A stretch of 64,000 nucleotides of DNA from Methanomassiliicoccaceae archaeon (lineage in GTDB: Archaea > Thermoplasmatota > Thermoplasmata > Methanomassiliicoccales > Methanomassiliicoccaceae), in contig JAXGZN010000001.1 of NCBI GenBank assembly GCA_040776945.1, positions 832,001 to 896,000 on the forward strand, given 5' to 3'. Below are positions 18,349 to 26,134 of the stretch, piece after piece; position 1 is the first letter of the stretch; the number at the start of each line of letters is the position of its first letter. The translations under genes and the position numbers were made by a program. The notes beneath the pieces are model-generated. The model was not told the DNA's origin and searched no databases. It worked only from the letters and a program-made list of their open reading frames with translations.

Positions 18349-19208
18349 TGGACCTACTTGCCTACGCCCTTCAGGTGCTGACGGTGATCGTCGCGCCCTT
18401 AGTGGTCGGTCTGGCGATGGGAATGGACAGGAAGATTACGGCCAGGATGCAGAACCGCCGTGGTCCGCCGGTGCTGCAGCCGTTCTATGATGTTGGGAAG
18501 CTGCTGTCGAAGCGCCCCATGCTGCTCTCCGAGCTACAGGCGACGTTCGCAGGCGCAGCCCTTCTTTTCCACGCCGCCGCTCTGGCCCTATTTGTTTCGG
18601 GGAGCGATCTGCTGGTCACGTTCTTTGTCTCCGGCACGGGCTCGGTGTGCTTGGTCATGGGTGCGTTCTCCGCGCGCTCGCCCTACTCGTTCATTGGAGG
18701 GCAGAGGGAGCTTCTGGCGATCCTGGCCTATGAGCCAGTGCTGTTCCTGGTCGTCCTGTCCATAGGCATGAGGTCATCGTTCCTGGTCGGCGACATACAG
18801 GGAGGTCTGCTCCATGACCTGCCCCTGGTGCTTCTGGCCCTGGTCCCTGTGCTGGTGGTCCTTCTGGAGAAGTCTCCGTTCGACGTCCCCACCGCGCACC
18901 AGGAGATCATCTCCGGCCCGTACGTGGAGTACTCCGGCCCTTACTTGGCCATCCTGGAGGTGGCCAGGTGGTTCCAGTTGGCGTTCGTGTTCGGAATGGT
19001 CACGCTGTTCTTCTGGAGCGGTGACGCCGTGATATCGATCGCGGGCAAGCTTGCTCTGGCCTTCGCGGCGCTGTTCGCCACCATCGTCATTGACAACGCC
19101 TCCGCGAGGCTTACCAGGGAGAACATGGTGAGCTTCATGCTGATCGCAGGCATCGGGCTGGTGGCCATCAATCTGCTGGTATTGTTCATCCTTAAGGGGT
19201 CGATATGA
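18348..19208 (+). CDS. echB: Ech hydrogenase subunit B
   Basis: Motifs DRKITARMQNRRGPPVLQPFYD, SPYSFIGGQRE and KSPFD..AHQEI..GPYVEYSG. Confidence 0.9.
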   Translation: MDLLAYALQVLTVIVAPLVVGLAMGMDRKITARMQNRRGPPVLQPFYDVGKLLSKRPMLLSELQATFAGAALLFHAAALALFVSGSDLLVTFFVSGTGSVCLVMGAFSARSPYSFIGGQRELLAILAYEPVLFLVVLSIGMRSSFLVGDIQGGLLHDLPLVLLALVPVLVVLLEKSPFDVPTAHQEIISGPYVEYSGPYLAILEVARWFQLAFVFGMVTLFFWSGDAVISIAGKLALAFAALFATIVIDNASARLTRENMVSFMLIAGIGLVAINLLVLFILKGSI

Positions 19209-19660
19209 TGACGTTGGAGAGCAAGATGAGGATCAGGTCGCCGTGGATCATGCATTTCGATACCGGCTCATGCAACGGCTGCGATATGGAGGTCTGGGCA
19301 TTGCTCACCCCTCGCTATGACATTGAGAGATTCGGAGCGATGAACCGGGCGAACCCTAAGCAGGCCGATATACTCCTTATAACGGGGCCGGTGACCAAGA
19401 GGTGCGAGGACCGCCTGAGGAACCTATACGAGCAGACGCCGGAGCCCAAGCTGGTCATAGCCTGCGGGGACTGCGCATCGACCGGCGCGCCGTTCCATAA
19501 CTGCTACAACGTCAACGGTGGTGTGGACAAGGTGATCCCGGTCGACGTCTATGTGCCGGGATGTGCCTGCCGCCCGGAGGTCCTGATCGATGCCCTGGTG
19601 CTCGGACTGTCAAAGTGGAGGGAGAAGGCCGCTGGGGCTGACAAGGAGGCCGAGGGATGA
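19205..19660 (+). CDS. echC: Ech hydrogenase small subunit C
   Basis: Motifs SPWIMHFDTGSCNGCD, NPKQAD, CGDCASTG and VPGCACRPE. Confidence 0.92.
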   Translation: MMTLESKMRIRSPWIMHFDTGSCNGCDMEVWALLTPRYDIERFGAMNRANPKQADILLITGPVTKRCEDRLRNLYEQTPEPKLVIACGDCASTGAPFHNCYNVNGGVDKVIPVDVYVPGCACRPEVLIDALVLGLSKWREKAAGADKEAEG

Positions 19661-20037
19661 ACGAGGCGGGACCAAAGATCGAACGCAATGCGTGCCTGGA
19701 GGTACGGAAGAGGACCAAGGAGATGGTCGAGGCCGGGGCGAGGATGATAGCCATAGTGGCCCTCGAGCGCGAGGACGGCTCGATCGAGCTGATATATAGC
19801 TTCGACCGTCAGCCCGGGATAGTCGACTTCCGGTTCCAGATCCTTCCGGAATGGGAGGTCGATTCGGTCGCCGACATCTTCACTGGTGCTCTGACATTGG
19901 AGAGGGAGGTGGTCGACCTGTTTGGCCTTAAGTACAAAGGGATCCCTCCCGGGCTCTTTCTCGAGGCGGGCAAGAGCCCGGTCGCGCCGCTGCGCCGAAG
20001 GCCCGCTCCGGCCAAGGGGGGCGATGAGGATGGGTAG
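19657..20037 (+). CDS. echD: Ech hydrogenase subunit D (NuoC-like)
   Basis: Motifs ELIYSF and SVADIFTGA..LEREVVDLFG. Lies between echC and echE. Confidence 0.85.
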   Translation: MNEAGPKIERNACLEVRKRTKEMVEAGARMIAIVALEREDGSIELIYSFDRQPGIVDFRFQILPEWEVDSVADIFTGALTLEREVVDLFGLKYKGIPPGLFLEAGKSPVAPLRRRPAPAKGGDEDG

Positions 20038-21106
20038 GGCCACGACGATCCCGTTCGGCCCACAGCATGCCGCCTTCCTCGAGCCGCTCAACGTGACGCT
20101 GACCCTGGAGGAGGAGAAGGTGGTTGGAGCGGTGCTGAACCAAGGGTACAACCACCGGGGCATGGAGCACGCCCTCTCGCTGGACTACAGGAAGTCACAG
20201 TACATCTCGGAGAGGGTCTGCGGAATCTGCTCGTTCCATCATTCCACCGCATACTGTCAAGGGTTGGAGTCCATCTATGGCATCGATGTCCCGGAGCGCG
20301 GGAGGTTGATACGCACCATCATGATGGAGTGCCAGCGGCTGACCTCTCACCTGCTGGCGCTGGGGCACATCGCCGAGTCGGTAGGCTACGAGAACCTGTT
20401 CATGCAATGCTTCCGGGAGCGTGAGCTCGTCATGACCCTGGTCAACCGCATCTCCGGGAACCGGGTGCACTACAGCATGAACGTGGCTGGCGGGGTCAAG
20501 CGGGACATATCGCCGGAAGGGCTCAAGGACATCCAGGCCACCATGTCCCGCCTGAGGCCTCGGCTTCGAGAGCTGCACCGTGTGTTCAGCCGGGACAGGA
20601 CCCTGTCCAAGCGCACCAAGGGCATCGGCGTGCTTTCGAACCAGGCGGCCCGGGAATGGGGCAACGTCGGCCCGGTGTCCCGGGCGTCCGGGATACCCCG
20701 GGACATCCGGCAGGACGGTTTCGCCGCTTACTCTATGGTCAAGTTCTCCCCTATCGTCAGGGAGGAGGGCGACTGCTATGCCCGCATGATGGTACGCATG
20801 GACGAATGCCTGCAGTCGATGGACATCATTGAGCAGTGCCTTCCCCTGATAAAGGACGGGCCGGTGGCGATCCAGATGAAGGGGCACCCCAAGGGCGAGG
20901 CGTACTCACGGGTGGAGGCGCCCCGGGGGGAACTGGTGTACTTCATCAGGGCCAACGGGAAGACCGCCCTGGAGCGCATCAAGCTCCGGACCCCTGCGCT
21001 GATGAACGTGGCGTCCCTGCTGGCCATGCTTCCGGGATGCCAGTTGGCGGACGTGCCTACCATCACAGTGTCGGTCGATCCCTGCATATGCTGCACGGAC
21101 CGGTGA
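20030..21106 (+). CDS. echE: Ech [NiFe]-hydrogenase large subunit E
   Basis: Motifs PFGPQH and HRGME, with intact L1 ERVCGICSFHH and L2 DPCICCTDR ending at the stop. Confidence 0.94.
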   Translation: MGRATTIPFGPQHAAFLEPLNVTLTLEEEKVVGAVLNQGYNHRGMEHALSLDYRKSQYISERVCGICSFHHSTAYCQGLESIYGIDVPERGRLIRTIMMECQRLTSHLLALGHIAESVGYENLFMQCFRERELVMTLVNRISGNRVHYSMNVAGGVKRDISPEGLKDIQATMSRLRPRLRELHRVFSRDRTLSKRTKGIGVLSNQAAREWGNVGPVSRASGIPRDIRQDGFAAYSMVKFSPIVREEGDCYARMMVRMDECLQSMDIIEQCLPLIKDGPVAIQMKGHPKGEAYSRVEAPRGELVYFIRANGKTALERIKLRTPALMNVASLLAMLPGCQLADVPTITVSVDPCICCTDR

Positions 21107-21110
21107 TCCA

Positions 21111-21500
21111 ATGTCGATGCTCACATCATCAATAAAGAACCTGTTCAGCAGGCCGTTCACCACCAGATATCCAAAGGTCCCGGCCGACCTGCCTCCCGGC
21201 AATCGGGGAAGGGTCCTGTATGACATGTCCAGATGCATATTCTGCCGGAAGTGCGAGCGAAGCTGTCCCACGGTCGCCATCATCACCGATAGGGATGCCA
21301 AGACCCAGACGGTGATCCGCCACCGGTGCATCGGGTGCAACACCTGCGTCGAGGTCTGCCCTACGGAAACGATAACCATGGTCCAGGAGTACTCGCGCCC
21401 GGATACCGCCCCCACGGTAAACGTGTTCTCCCTGGACCTGCCGAGGCATGAGTATCGCATCGAGCATCTCCCTCGGCACGATGGAAGGAAGAAGGACTGA
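21111..21500 (+). CDS. echF: Ech hydrogenase subunit F (2[4Fe-4S])
   Basis: Motifs NLFSRPFTTRYP, CIFCRKCERSCP and CIGCNTCVEVCP. Confidence 0.92.
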   Translation: MSMLTSSIKNLFSRPFTTRYPKVPADLPPGNRGRVLYDMSRCIFCRKCERSCPTVAIITDRDAKTQTVIRHRCIGCNTCVEVCPTETITMVQEYSRPDTAPTVNVFSLDLPRHEYRIEHLPRHDGRKKD

Positions 21501-21530
21501 CACCGTTCATCAAGTCCCCGCTTTCCGGCG

Positions 21531-21569
21531 GAGGGCCGGAGATGCCGGGACAAGGACCCGGCGGCCCTC
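21531..21569 (+). terminator. GC-rich hairpin downstream of the ech operon
   Basis: GAGGGCC..GCCGGG ACAAGGA CCCGGC GGCCCTC, followed by an AT-rich stretch. Confidence 0.35.
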
Positions 21570-21683
21570 GAACCCCTTTATCATGTTGATTTTATTCTTA
21601 TTCAACGAATCATGATTATAACTGGCATCAAGGAAAAGGCTTAACTTAGCCGTCCCTCCATTATATAGCCTGCGAGGTCGGAC

Positions 21684-22763
21684 GTGGATTCCAAGGTATG
21701 CCCGGACTACAGCAGCAGGAGGTACCTGTCGGCCGCGGAGGCAGCGCGCTATCTCGGGACATCGGTCCGAGAGCTCCATCGCTTGGTCCGAGAGGACAAG
21801 GTGCCCATGATGATATCAGGAAGCGGTCAGCAGCGGTTCGACCTGGCTGCCCTGGGAGGAGCGGCCGCCGGGGAGGTCCGCCCCGCGATGGCCGGTGGGA
21901 GAGAGATGATATATATCCATGGCACCGGCCAAGAGGTCGTCTGCTCGACCTCGGCGGACATGCGCGGGATCGAGGACGGAAGCATTAACCTCGCGCTCAC
22001 CTCCCCACCTTACTTCAATACCAAGATGTATTCCCCACATCCTCTGCCAGGCGACCTGGGCGATGTCCACTCGATGGAGGAGTGGTTCGAGCAGATAGGG
22101 AAGGTCTGGGCCGAGGTGCTCCGGGTGCTCCAGCCCGGTAGAAAGCTTTTCATCAACATCATGAACCTTCCAGTGCGGTTGGAGGACGGGAGCTTCCGGA
22201 CCCTGAACCTGGTCGGCCGCACCGTGCAGCAGTGCGAGGACATTGGCTTCATCTTCAAGCGGGACATCGTGTGGCAGAAGACCAACGGGGTCCGCGCACC
22301 GTTCGGCACATATCCCTATCCGGGAGGCATATTGCTGAACAACATGCACGAGTTCATCCTGGAGCTGGAGAAACCCTGCACCCGGGCAGAGCGGTCCCGC
22401 AAGTATGCCCACATCTCCCCCGAGGACCGCGAACTGTCCAGGCTGGAGAAGGATTTCTGGCTGTCGATAAAGAGCAGCGACGTGTGGCTCATGGCCCCTC
22501 GGGGAAGCGGGGACCGGAGAGACCATGTGGCGCCTTTCCCCATGGAGCTGCCTTTGCGGCTGATACGGGCGTACAGCTACCGGAGCGAGAGGGTCCTCGA
22601 TCCTTTCCTTGGTTCGGGGACCACCCTTCAGGCCGCGGCGGCGACCGGCCGCAACGGGATTGGCTTCGAGATAAGCCCCTCGATCGCCGCCGAGGCCGTC
22701 AGGTCCTTGAGGGCCCTTGGTGCCGAGGCCGGCATGTCCTCCGGAACGGGGGGAGTCGGCTGA
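21684..22763 (+). CDS. Beta-class N4/N6 DNA methyltransferase with N-terminal excisionase-like HTH
   Basis: YLSAAEAARYLG HTH, TSPPY preceding DPFLGSGTT, and HVAPFP. Confidence 0.9.
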   Translation: MDSKVCPDYSSRRYLSAAEAARYLGTSVRELHRLVREDKVPMMISGSGQQRFDLAALGGAAAGEVRPAMAGGREMIYIHGTGQEVVCSTSADMRGIEDGSINLALTSPPYFNTKMYSPHPLPGDLGDVHSMEEWFEQIGKVWAEVLRVLQPGRKLFINIMNLPVRLEDGSFRTLNLVGRTVQQCEDIGFIFKRDIVWQKTNGVRAPFGTYPYPGGILLNNMHEFILELEKPCTRAERSRKYAHISPEDRELSRLEKDFWLSIKSSDVWLMAPRGSGDRRDHVAPFPMELPLRLIRAYSYRSERVLDPFLGSGTTLQAAAATGRNGIGFEISPSIAAEAVRSLRALGAEAGMSSGTGGVG

Positions 22764-24100
22764 GCGGCAAAGGCCCCCTTGGCTCGCCTTGGACCGAAGA
22801 GCGTCCCCGGACCCGTCCGGTCACCAAGCTCAAGGAGGACCTCGAAGCAGATGTGGCGATAATCGGCGGTGGCATATCTGGCCTGGCCACCGCTTACATG
22901 CTGATGAGGACCAGCGATCTGCGGGTGGCGGTCCTGGAGGCCGGGCTGGCCGGACACGGCGCCACCGGCAACAACGGAGGCCAGGCGGTGGAAGGCACGG
23001 AGGCAGGGTTCAGGGAGATAGCATCGATCGTGGGGGAGGAGAGGGCGGTGCAGGGATTCAGGGAACTGGCCGGGGCGATGGATGAGCTCGATAGAATGGT
23101 AGGCAAGGTCGGCCCTCCCGGCATGCTCGCCAAGGTCGCGGGCAGAATGGGCATCGCTGACCAGGGGCTGCTCGAACAGAGGATCGAGGACCTCAGGGCA
23201 AGGAGGGCCGCGGGGCTGGACAGCGGCAAGGTGCATTTCGCCGACGATGCCCTCATCGGGCTGCAGGCGGAAGGGCCTCGAGAACCACGGGCCCTGCTCG
23301 CTCGGCAGTTGTGGTCCAAGGACCAACGGTACATCGCATTCATTGAGATGAGGATGGGCCTCATCAACACCTGGGACCTGGTAGAGAAGATAGCGTCCCA
23401 TCTAAGGTCCGAGGCCCCGGAGCGGTTCAGTATCTATGAGCGTTCCCCGGCCCGCCTTCTGAGGCTGAGCGAGGAGGACGTGACCATAGGTTGCAACGGC
23501 AGGATCATGGTTGCCAGCTCAGCAGTCCTGTGCACGAACGGCTATCTCTGCCCGCGCATCGAGGCATGCTCGCCCCCGTTCGTCAAGGGCAAGGTCAAAG
23601 GTGTCGTTGGCTACATGGTGGGGTTCGAGGATGGCAGCGGCCCTGAGGGGGCAAGAGCGTACTTTCCGGGCGGTAAGGACTATTATTACCTATCCAGGAA
23701 GAAGACCCGTACAAACTGGCTGACCGCGGTCGGAGGGCCCGAGGGGTCGATCAGCGGCGAGTACGATGAGGGTACGGTCTACCATCCGGACGCCTATTCG
23801 CAGCTGGGGTCGTTCATCTCGTCCACCCTCGGCCTCTCATACCCTCCCGCCAGAAGGTGGCAGGGGCTGATGGGTTACACCTCGACGGGCATCAGGATCG
23901 CTGGGCAGGACCCGCGGCTGCCCGCTCTTTATTACAACATGGGGTGCAACGGAATAGGCATACTTTCTGCCCTGGCCGGGGCCAGGAGGCTCGCGGACGA
24001 TATGGGCGGAGAGGACCAGGAGCCAAGCATGTTCGACCCTGAGGCCATGGCCGGGGCCAGGATCACAATGGACGGTCACGAACGGGCGCATCGTCCTTGA
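22760..24100 (+). CDS. FAD-dependent oxidoreductase (DAO/PuuB-like)
   Basis: Motifs ADVAIIGGGISG, GHGATGNNGG, VLCTNGY, WQGLMGYT and GCNGIG. Probable CTG start overlapping the MTase TGA. Confidence 0.88.
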   Translation: MSGKGPLGSPWTEERPRTRPVTKLKEDLEADVAIIGGGISGLATAYMLMRTSDLRVAVLEAGLAGHGATGNNGGQAVEGTEAGFREIASIVGEERAVQGFRELAGAMDELDRMVGKVGPPGMLAKVAGRMGIADQGLLEQRIEDLRARRAAGLDSGKVHFADDALIGLQAEGPREPRALLARQLWSKDQRYIAFIEMRMGLINTWDLVEKIASHLRSEAPERFSIYERSPARLLRLSEEDVTIGCNGRIMVASSAVLCTNGYLCPRIEACSPPFVKGKVKGVVGYMVGFEDGSGPEGARAYFPGGKDYYYLSRKKTRTNWLTAVGGPEGSISGEYDEGTVYHPDAYSQLGSFISSTLGLSYPPARRWQGLMGYTSTGIRIAGQDPRLPALYYNMGCNGIGILSALAGARRLADDMGGEDQEPSMFDPEAMAGARITMDGHERAHRP

Positions 24101-24356
24101 ACAGTATGACCAGGCCAACCGTCATGAGGCCTACATCGGCCACCACTGCCAGGGACAGGCCTAGGCTTAGAGGCTGGAAGACCGCGGTGCTTGTGGACGA
24201 GGCGTCCTGCACCTCGGCCAAGGTCCGGGGCCCATCCGCCTGCCGGTCCGCGGAAGCCTGCACCATGAACATGGCCATTGCCCCCACCGCCACGATAGCC
24301 AGTATGCAGATGGCATTGAAGGTTCGCGCTCTCAATGATGTCCCCGAAGGTTCCAT
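24063..24356 (-). CDS. Small two-TM membrane protein
   Basis: Two hydrophobic helices. Start uncertain. Confidence 0.55.
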   Translation of the reverse strand: MEPSGTSLRARTFNAICILAIVAVGAMAMFMVQASADRQADGPRTLAEVQDASSTSTAVFQPLSLGLSLAVVADVGLMTVGLVILFKDDAPVRDRPL

Positions 24357-24422
24357 ATTATAAGAACGTGGCCGTCCGGTTCTCACCTCGAGCTGCATCT
24401 GGCCATCCACGCCGGCCTAGCG

Positions 24423-24803
24423 TTAGAAACGTCCAGAGAGGCCCGATGCGCTCCAAGCGAGGTATCCGCCGTTGAGGACACGCACATCCCGAAATCCCAT
24501 GCCGATCAGGCCCTCCGCGCATCTCTTGCTCCTGTTGGTCGTCCGGCAGTACAGGATGAGCGGGCGGTCCCGGTCCAGCTCTTTGGACCATTTGCCCGCT
24601 TGGGAAAGTGGCAGGTTCACCGACAGCGGAATGTGCCCGGCCTCGTGCTCATGCTTCTCCCTCACATCCACGAGCAGGCACCTACCCTCGAGCAAAGCGG
24701 CCTCAAGGCCCTTCAACGCATCCGGGGTCAGCATGCCCACCGAGCTCACGAAGGGGGTGTGACGCCGGAGGGACATAAGTATTTGGCGCCAATTCCCGCT
24801 CAT
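24423..24803 (-). CDS. Rhodanese-like protein
   Basis: Motifs LVDVRE..E..AGHIP, ILYCRTTNRS and LNGGYLAW. ATGA-coupled to the upstream ATPase-like gene. Confidence 0.9.
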   Translation of the reverse strand: MSGNWRQILMSLRRHTPFVSSVGMLTPDALKGLEAALLEGRCLLVDVREKHEHEAGHIPLSVNLPLSQAGKWSKELDRDRPLILYCRTTNRSKRCAEGLIGMGFRDVRVLNGGYLAWSASGLSGRF

Positions 24804-25693
24804 CCTCGTATCTCCAGCTCTTTGTCCACCCTCCCGGTGGCCCTCAAGGCGTCGATGTCCGCAGGGTCCGAGAGCAGGAGAACGACCTGCCTCTTCCTTA
24901 GGAAGTCCAGCATAGCTGAGAAAAGGCCGCCCCGCTCGATGCTTCCAGCACCCTCCAAAGGATCATCGAGGAAGATCGGGCAAACGACCGCGCCCTCCCC
25001 GGCGAAGGCGATCGCATGGCTAAGGACCGCCATGCGCACCTGCTCCGGGGACAGGGGGCCTTCGACGGAGATCTCGGGGCGCCCTTCCGGATCATAGCCC
25101 AGTGTTCCGATCTGGGCGCTGGGACACATCTCAAGGAACAGGGAGGTGGCGGCAAACGAGCATCTGATGCTAAGGTCACTGGTACACCAGGAGCCACTGC
25201 ACCTTATGGCCCTTTCCGGCCCGCAGGTCCCTCCTCTGGCCACGCCTGCAAGGGAGCTTCCACTGATGAGGCCGGCGTGCACGCAGGCCTCAGGGAACAG
25301 CCTCTCTGCCTGCTCGGAGAACGCCTCGGCGTCATCACCCTCTGCAAGAACCTCCCCGTTGCTGCCGGTGAGCCGCCATCCCCATCTCTGCCTCTCCGCC
25401 CGGTCTTCGGCCAAAGAGAACAGGGCGTAGCGCTCCAGCCGCTCCCCGTTGATGAAGGTCAATGCCACCAGGACCTTCGTCATGCCCGTGCCAAGGGCCT
25501 CGCGGTTGGGCACCAGGGCAGGGTCCGCCACCATATCGTTTCCCAGCAGGCACCAGGAGATGGCTTCGAGAACGGAGGTCTTTCCCATGCCGTACGGAAC
25601 GACCACCAGGTTCACCCCTGGGTCAAGGGGCAGCTCGATCTCCCCGGCGAAGCGGCGGTAGTTGACGAGGGTCACAGAACGAAGCTTGGCCAT
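24800..25693 (-). CDS. Short SMC/Rad50/DndD-like ABC-ATPase head protein
   Basis: LRSVTLVNYRRF, degenerate Walker A PYGMGKTS, EAISWCLLG and Walker B IFLDDP. No coiled coil. Confidence 0.75.
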   Translation of the reverse strand: MAKLRSVTLVNYRRFAGEIELPLDPGVNLVVVPYGMGKTSVLEAISWCLLGNDMVADPALVPNREALGTGMTKVLVALTFINGERLERYALFSLAEDRAERQRWGWRLTGSNGEVLAEGDDAEAFSEQAERLFPEACVHAGLISGSSLAGVARGGTCGPERAIRCSGSWCTSDLSIRCSFAATSLFLEMCPSAQIGTLGYDPEGRPEISVEGPLSPEQVRMAVLSHAIAFAGEGAVVCPIFLDDPLEGAGSIERGGLFSAMLDFLRKRQVVLLLSDPADIDALRATGRVDKELEIRG

Positions 25694-26134
25694 GGCCCGT
25701 ACTATGCGCGGGAGCGATTAATAGCTTCAGGTGGGTTGCGGGCCTTGACCGTACGCCTGGCATCCTCCAAGCCACCGGTGTGAACAGGGACCATAAGCGC
25801 CGCCCTGCGGCGCCTAGACCTCGCCCAGGCCGTCTTACGACGGCACGGTCGTTCGGCCTAGACCGCGCTCCCCCTCCGGACTCCGCGCTCAGAGGGGATA
25901 AAAGGGTCGTCAGGTCCTATACATGGCCCCTGTCTCCTTCCCCCAAAGACATATATACCCCGGTCCCGTGTTCCAATGCAGTACGGTCGGGACGACCGGA
26001 ATTTACGCTTGGCTGACATCATGCAAGGCCTCTTGGAGGCGTTTGGTGGATGAAGCAAGAAGCCTCGGCCGCCAGAACGGAGCGGTCCAACAATCGAAGG
26101 GTTCTGGCGATATCAACAGAACGGAGATTTTAAC

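Noticed and set aside
22232-22759. N-terminal 176 aa of the 622-aa ORF
   Set aside because: It overlaps the methyltransferase in another frame and is Arg/Gly/Pro-rich shadow sequence.
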